The position numbers and the translations under genes were made by a program. Below the pieces are notes generated by a model. It saw nothing but the letters and a program-made list of their open reading frames with translations, had not been told where the DNA came from and searched no databases. Shown here piece by piece: positions 27,090 to 32,000 of a stretch of 32,000 bases of DNA. The stretch is from Ferroglobus placidus DSM 10642 (lineage in GTDB: Archaea > Halobacteriota > Archaeoglobi > Archaeoglobales > Archaeoglobaceae), in NCBI RefSeq assembly GCF_000025505.1, contig NC_013849.1:2070001-2102000 (forward strand), read 5' to 3'. Numbering within the stretch: position 1 is the first letter of the stretch; every line of letters begins with the position of its first letter.

Positions 27090-28217
27090 CTACCCTCTGA
27101 GGAATTCACCTATTCTCTCTACCGCTCTCTCCAAATTTTCCATGGAAGTTGCGTAGCTTATTCTTATCCAGTCGGTGAACTTCCTTCCGAACGCGCTTCC
27201 GGGAGTTACGGCGACTTTCTTCTTCTCGAGTAGCTCTTCGCAGAACTTTTCGCTGTCCATCCCAACTTTCACGAACATGTAAAAAGCACCTTTGGGAGGA
27301 GCGAATTCGAGACCCATTTCTTTGAGTTTTCTCTCGAGAAATTCCTTTCTTTTCTTAAACTCCTCGACCATTTCCTTTAAAAAGCTGTGATCTCCTTTTA
27401 AAGCTGCTAAACCCGCGTACTGCACGAATGTTGTTGGAGAACTAACGCTGTGAGACTGTATTTTCTCCATTCCCTTCACGATCCATTCTGGAGCGGCTGC
27501 ATAGCCGAGTCTGAAGCCTGTCATTGAGTAGGTTTTGGAGAAGCCGTTTATCGTGATCGTCCTTTCGAGCATATCATCAAAGGAGGCTAAGCTAACGTGC
27601 TCTCCTTCAAAGATTATCTTTTCGTAAATTTCGTCCGACATAACCAAGATGTCGTGATCGACAGCCAAATCTCTTACTTTCTTCAAAAACTCCTTCGGAT
27701 AGACCACTCCGAGCGGGTTGTTGGGAGAATTAATGACTATCATCTTAGTTTTATTCGTCACATAATCTTCGATAGGAGCGTCCTCGAAATTTTCCTCGTG
27801 CTCCACCCAAACAGGCTTTCCTCCTGAAAGAATTACGCATGGCTCGTAACTAACCCAGGCTGGATCGAGCAAAATCACCTCGTCTCCTTCCTCAATCGTT
27901 GTCATCATAGCCTCGTAAATAGCGTACTTCGCTCCAGGAGTGACAATCACGTTTTTTGCCTCAATGTCTATTCCATTCTCCTCCCTTAGCTTCTCCGCTA
28001 TGGCTTCGAGAAGCTCCGGAATCCCTTTCGTTGGAGCGTATTTCGTCTTTCCCTCCATCGCAGCTTTACAAGCAGCCTCTACGATGTGCTTGGGAGTGGG
28101 AAAATCCGGTTCTCCTACTCCGAGGTCTATAACGTCTTCTCCTCTCCTTTTTAACTCCTTGGCGATGGAAGAAATTTTCATTGTGGCGGAGGGCTTTATC
28201 TTATCTACCCTTCTCAT
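27090..28217 (-). CDS. PLP-dependent aspartate-type aminotransferase
   Basis: 375 aa: VIDLGVGEPDFPTPKHIVEAA, SPNNPLGVVYPKEFL, TINGFSKTYSMTGFRLGYAAAP. Confidence 0.94.
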   Translation of the reverse strand: MRRVDKIKPSATMKISSIAKELKRRGEDVIDLGVGEPDFPTPKHIVEAACKAAMEGKTKYAPTKGIPELLEAIAEKLREENGIDIEAKNVIVTPGAKYAIYEAMMTTIEEGDEVILLDPAWVSYEPCVILSGGKPVWVEHEENFEDAPIEDYVTNKTKMIVINSPNNPLGVVYPKEFLKKVRDLAVDHDILVMSDEIYEKIIFEGEHVSLASFDDMLERTITINGFSKTYSMTGFRLGYAAAPEWIVKGMEKIQSHSVSSPTTFVQYAGLAALKGDHSFLKEMVEEFKKRKEFLERKLKEMGLEFAPPKGAFYMFVKVGMDSEKFCEELLEKKKVAVTPGSAFGRKFTDWIRISYATSMENLERAVERIGEFLRG

Positions 28218-28629
28218 ACTCTCTCAGCCTCCTCACGAGCTTTACGGCTGCTTCAACTGCTCTCTTGGCGTAATCTACTCTTTCATGAGCGGCCAACCTT
28301 CCCATTCCCGGACCGCTTATGCCGAGCGTTACCGGTTTGCCGTATTCTATGCTCAAATCCATTATCTTTCTTGCTGCGTGCTGAGCGACAACTTCGTCAT
28401 GCTCCGTCTCTCCTTCAATCACGCAGCCGATAGCAACTACGGCGTCAACATTTCCCTTTTCGAGCATTTTTTTAACGGCAATGGGTATGTCAAAAGCTCC
28501 AGGAACCCTGATAATTTCGGAAATCTCTGCTCCAAGGAATTCAGCGTGCTCCTTTGCGAGGATTTCCATCATGTAGGTTATATCTCTGTTGAATTCAGAA
28601 ACGACCAAGCCGAGCTTGATTTTTTCCAT
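28201..28629 (-). CDS. ribH: 6,7-dimethyl-8-ribityllumazine synthase
   Basis: 142 aa: KLGLVVSEFNRDITYMM, RVPGAFDIPIAVKKML, DAVVAIGCVIEGETEHDEVVAQHAARKIMDLS, GKPVTLGISGPG. Confidence 0.95.
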   Translation of the reverse strand: MEKIKLGLVVSEFNRDITYMMEILAKEHAEFLGAEISEIIRVPGAFDIPIAVKKMLEKGNVDAVVAIGCVIEGETEHDEVVAQHAARKIMDLSIEYGKPVTLGISGPGMGRLAAHERVDYAKRAVEAAVKLVRRLREYEKGR

Positions 28630-28650
28630 GTTTTTCCCTGAACGCTCAGA

Positions 28651-28660
28651 ATATTTATAA
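28651..28660 (-). promoter_or_regulatory. TATA element of ribH
   Basis: Minus strand ttataaatat, about 22-31 nt upstream of the ATG at 28629. Confidence 0.5.
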
Positions 28661-28671
28661 ATTTGTATGCC

Positions 28672-29181
28672 TCAGTAGAGATCTTCGTTAAAAACGTAAG
28701 TGACGACGAACCCCTCCTCAAATTCTTCAAATCCTTCAACCTTAGCGTTCAAGTCCACTATTAAATCCTCGAAGTAATCGTAAACTCCGCAAGACACGCA
28801 GAAAGGTCCGGTAAACAGAACCTTCGCTTTTCTTTTTTCGAATTCTAAAAGTTCCGCGTGAGCTTCCGGGCTTCGGTATTTGTTGAATTTCTCGATTTCC
28901 TCCTTAAGCTTGAGAAGTGGGGTGTATTTGTACTTCCCCTCCAAACCTTTCTTCTCGATTCTGCTTTTTATGTAGGGGCAGGAAATTTTAACTTTCCTTC
29001 CTTCGAGCATATTTAAAACTTCCTCGACGAGTTTGGAAGCGTAACCCTTCCCTTTAGCTTCTTCAGCGGTTACAGTTTCAATTAAATGCACCTCATCGTT
29101 CTCTTCAAAAACTATCCAGCTCAACGGCTTTTCTCCTTCTTTTAAAACGAACTTACCTTTCTCTTTGACGACCTCCATCAC
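28672..29181 (-). CDS. YjdJ-type GNAT N-acetyltransferase with an extra C-terminal domain
   Basis: LIETVTAEEAKGKGYASKLVEEVLNMLEGRKVKISCPYIKSRIEKK, then a region with KVLFTGPFCVSCGVYDYFEDLIVDLNAKVEGFEEFEEG. Confidence 0.75.
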   Translation of the reverse strand: MMEVVKEKGKFVLKEGEKPLSWIVFEENDEVHLIETVTAEEAKGKGYASKLVEEVLNMLEGRKVKISCPYIKSRIEKKGLEGKYKYTPLLKLKEEIEKFNKYRSPEAHAELLEFEKRKAKVLFTGPFCVSCGVYDYFEDLIVDLNAKVEGFEEFEEGFVVTYVFNEDLY

Positions 29182-30011
29182 CAGACCTCCTTAACTACTC
29201 CGAACTTTCTAACGATATCGTTTCCGTCTTTATAACTTTCGCTCTGGTCAATTCTGAGGATTGCCGCTGAGCTTAAGCCGTAGGGAATTGCCGTAGAGCC
29301 GAGGGTAATTAGATACCCATCTTGTTCAACTAAGAGAACTTTGTAGGGCTGATGAGACCTTATGACGCAGACAAAACCTTCCTCCTCGCAGAAATTTCTC
29401 GTCAAGTCCTTTCCGAAGTAGTACCCTATGCCTCTATCGTAATTAAATTCGCAACCGCTCATTTCCATCGGGTCGTTCCAGAGTATTTCGGTTTCGTATT
29501 TTGCCGGATCTCTTTTCAACTCGCTGAGAGACACAACCCCTTTGCAAGAATTCGTGGCGATTCCTCCGTGGCATAAAAACAAATCTCCGGCAACTGCAAA
29601 AAGAGGTAATTTTTCCCAGAGCTTTCTAAACAAGCCGTACAGCTCTCCCATTCCTTTCTCTTCGAGAAGAGCCGGAAAATCGTGGGGAAAAGCTTCGCCG
29701 GTTTCGTGGTTTCCTTTAAGCATAACCGCTTTCCCTTCAACGTATAGCTTCAATACTTCTTCGTAAACCTCTAATGCCTCCCTCCCCCTATCTTCGTAGT
29801 CGCCGAGAAAAATGAAGAAGCCGTGAGCGTCCTTCATGAGCTTCTTCATAGTCGAGTAATCTCCGTGAATATCACCAAAAATCGTTATCTTTTCTTCCTC
29901 TATCTCCACGAACTTCTTTCCCGAAAGTTTTATCGCCTCTTCGAGCAGATCTTCGATCATATTTCGAAAAGTATTTAGCTGCTTTCTAAAATTTTCGTTC
30001 ATGGTAGTCAT
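29178..30011 (-). CDS. PPP-family Ser/Thr protein phosphatase
   Basis: ITIFGDIHGDYSTMKKL, FIFLGDYEDRGREALEVYE, MLKGNHETGEAFPHDFP, LFLCHGGIAT. Likely start ATG at 30002 or 30011. Confidence 0.88.
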   Translation of the reverse strand: MTTMNENFRKQLNTFRNMIEDLLEEAIKLSGKKFVEIEEEKITIFGDIHGDYSTMKKLMKDAHGFFIFLGDYEDRGREALEVYEEVLKLYVEGKAVMLKGNHETGEAFPHDFPALLEEKGMGELYGLFRKLWEKLPLFAVAGDLFLCHGGIATNSCKGVVSLSELKRDPAKYETEILWNDPMEMSGCEFNYDRGIGYYFGKDLTRNFCEEEGFVCVIRSHQPYKVLLVEQDGYLITLGSTAIPYGLSSAAILRIDQSESYKDGNDIVRKFGVVKEVW

Positions 30012-31278
30012 CGTCGATGGAGTTAGAACGCCCGTTGGCAGGTTTGGGGGAAGCTTGGCGAGTCTGAAAGCTTACGAGCTCGGAAGCATCGCCATAAAGG
30101 GTCTCCTTAAAAAGTTAAAAGTAAAACCCAAAGTCAGCGAAGAGTCCTACGAGTTTTACCCGGAGAAACTTCCGAAAGGAATGATCGAGCTTGAAAAGAA
30201 GTACTTCGATTACGAGGGAGACGAATTAATTATTGACGAGGTCGTAATGGGTAATGTAATTCAGGCGGCTCAAGGACAGAATCCGGCAAGGCAGGCTTCG
30301 ATTTTTGCCGGCATTCCTAAAGAAGTGCCAGCCTACACAGTGAACAAGGTTTGCGGCTCGGGATTGAAAGCAATAGCTTTAGCCGCTTCTGAGATAAAAG
30401 CGGGGAACGCGAGGTGCATAATAGCTGGGGGGATGGAAAGCATGAGCAACTCTCCCTACGCTTCGCTTAAAGCCAGGTGGGGTTACAGAATGAGCATAAA
30501 CGTTTACGATGAAGTTATAGATGTCATGGTTTACGACGGTCTCTGGGAGAAGTTCTACGGCTACCATATGGGAGTCACAGCGGAAAACATAGCGGAACTT
30601 TATCAGATCAGCAGAGAAGAGCAAGACAAACTCGCTTTTGAGAGTCACATGAGAGCCGTTAAAGCCATAGACGAGGGGAAGTTCAAGGAAGAAATAGTTC
30701 CGGTCGTTGTTAAGGAAAAGAAGGGGGAGAGAGTCGTTGACACCGATGAGCATCCGAGGAGGGATACGAGTTTGGAAAAACTGGCTAAGCTTCCACCGGT
30801 CTTCAAGGAGGGAGGAACAGTAACTGCTGGAAACGCAAGCGGAATAAACGACGGAGCGGCAGCTTTGCTTGTTATGGACGACAAGGCAGCTGAAGAGAGC
30901 GGACTCGATGCTAAAGTAAGAATCTTAAGTTACGCTTCAGCCGGAATCGATCCAGCTTACATGGGTCTCGGACCTATTCCGGCGATAAAGAAGGCTTGCA
31001 AGCTTGCTGGAGTTTCCTTAGACGACATCGATCTTATCGAGCTGAACGAAGCTTTCGCAGCTCAAGCTCTTGCAGTAATAAAAGAATTGAACCTCGATTT
31101 AAATAGGGTGAACGTCAACGGAAGCGGAATAAGCTTGGGACACCCCATAGGAGCTACCGGAGCGAGGATAACCGTCACGTTAATTCACGAGATGGAAAGG
31201 AGAAAAGCTGATCTCGGCTTGGCGGCGTTATGCATAGGTGGCGGAATGGGAATAGCGATGGTTTTCGAGAGAATCTAA
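30001..31278 (+). CDS. Acetyl-CoA acetyltransferase (thiolase)
   Basis: VVIVDGVRTPVGRFGGSL, VNKVCGSGLKAIALA, IIAGGMESMSNSPY, NVNGSGISLGHPIGATGARI, LAALCIGGGMGIAMVFE. Confidence 0.96.
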   Translation: MVVIVDGVRTPVGRFGGSLASLKAYELGSIAIKGLLKKLKVKPKVSEESYEFYPEKLPKGMIELEKKYFDYEGDELIIDEVVMGNVIQAAQGQNPARQASIFAGIPKEVPAYTVNKVCGSGLKAIALAASEIKAGNARCIIAGGMESMSNSPYASLKARWGYRMSINVYDEVIDVMVYDGLWEKFYGYHMGVTAENIAELYQISREEQDKLAFESHMRAVKAIDEGKFKEEIVPVVVKEKKGERVVDTDEHPRRDTSLEKLAKLPPVFKEGGTVTAGNASGINDGAAALLVMDDKAAEESGLDAKVRILSYASAGIDPAYMGLGPIPAIKKACKLAGVSLDDIDLIELNEAFAAQALAVIKELNLDLNRVNVNGSGISLGHPIGATGARITVTLIHEMERRKADLGLAALCIGGGMGIAMVFERI

Positions 31279-31332
31279 TTTTCCCTTTTTCGGAAAAAAT
31301 TTTAAAAAAGAGTTCCCAAAGAATTTAGGAAA

Positions 31333-32000
31333 ATGTCAATATTCGTAACGTCGGATATCAGGGAGGGTAAGATAGAGAGAATCTACGCAAACACGAGGTA
31401 TCCTTCCGTTCAGGAGGGCTTGACTTTTTTTGATGCGGCAGAAAAACCGAAAATATCGGAAAAAGCTCCGGTAGAGAACAGAATGCTCTACTATGTCGTT
31501 TCCTTCAAACCGTCCCACGTTTTCATATCGAGAGACGTTCTTGGCTCGAAGCCTATATACTTCTCCGAAGATTTGACGATATCCTCGTTTAAATGGTACT
31601 TCGAAGAAGAGCCGATGAAAGTCTTGCCGGGAGAAGTTTTGAAGATTTCCTATGACGGAGAGGTAATTTACAGGAAAACCTACAGCTTCTTCGACGTTTT
31701 CGAGAAGAAAGCAGTAGATGACCCCGCTGAGGAGATAATAAAAATACTCGAAAAAGTAAAGATAAAAGACGCCTGCATCTCCTTCTCCGGAGGAGTCGAT
31801 TCGGGGCTTTTGGCTGGAATTTACGACGCCCCACTAATTTCCGTTACAGCTTCTGAAAAAGAGGAAGAGTGGTTGAGAGAAGCTGCCAACATGCTCGGGA
31901 AAGAGATCGAGATCTTCAGATTTTCAGCCAAGGATGTTAGAGACAACTTGAGGAAAATAGTCGGAAGCATCGAAACAACAAATACTCTCCAGGTTTCGAT
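31333..32000 (+). CDS. Asparagine-synthase-like protein, truncated by the window edge
   Basis: Not in the supplied track because it is open at the edge. Reads MSIFVTSDIREGKIERIYANTRYPSVQEGLTFFDAAEKPKIS...SRDVLGSKPIYFS...DACISFSGGVDSGLLAGIYDA (SGGVDS pyrophosphatase loop). Confidence 0.85.
   Translation, partial: MSIFVTSDIREGKIERIYANTRYPSVQEGLTFFDAAEKPKISEKAPVENRMLYYVVSFKPSHVFISRDVLGSKPIYFSEDLTISSFKWYFEEEPMKVLPGEVLKISYDGEVIYRKTYSFFDVFEKKAVDDPAEEIIKILEKVKIKDACISFSGGVDSGLLAGIYDAPLISVTASEKEEEWLREAANMLGKEIEIFRFSAKDVRDNLRKIVGSIETTNTLQVS

Noticed and set aside
27940-28641. 233-aa plus-strand ORF
   Set aside because: Longest shadow ORF in the window, but antisense to the aminotransferase and ribH genes that carry clear family motifs.
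31279-31332. Possible terminator hairpin (ttttcc...ggaaaa)
   Set aside because: Only a 6-bp AT-rich inverted match, too weak to call.
1-32000. CRISPR arrays, rRNA, tRNA or intact insertion sequences
   Set aside because: By eye I saw no regularly spaced repeats, no rRNA-like conserved blocks, no convincing cloverleaf in the gaps, and no transposase motifs. A tRNAscan/Infernal run would be needed to exclude small RNAs.

Overview
This archaeal window looks Archaeoglobales-like: EF-1alpha/S10/RNase Z, a sat/RHH sulfate-activation cluster, AglB, and TATA elements with leaderless-style starts. The taxon is inferred, not proven. The left third (about 1-11 kb) is an accessory region. It holds a degraded RelBE, an AbrB/PIN VapBC, a vapC relic, two tandem mosaic PIN modules, an RHH plus retropepsin-like operon, a PIN toxin with no start codon, a DUF4143-type ATPase, and a decayed glycosyltransferase/GtrA locus. 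The middle is dominated by a tightly overlapping minus-strand operon: RHH regulator, ATP sulfurylase, DHH phosphoesterase, AP-superfamily enzyme, APS kinase, TauE-like permease. A near-perfect 28-bp palindrome lies just upstream of it. HEPN/MNT modules sit on both sides, and aglB is nearby. The right third is housekeeping: purB, EF-1alpha, rps10, rnz, ccdA-like, RecA/KaiC-like ATPase, aminotransferase, ribH, GNAT, PPP phosphatase, thiolase, and an asparagine-synthase-like gene running off the edge. I found no CRISPR array, rRNA, tRNA or intact transposase. The leads I rate highest are the sat-DHH-AP-cysC-permease operon with its palindrome, the RHH/retropepsin pair, and the mosaic tandem PIN modules, one of which has lost its first catalytic Asp.
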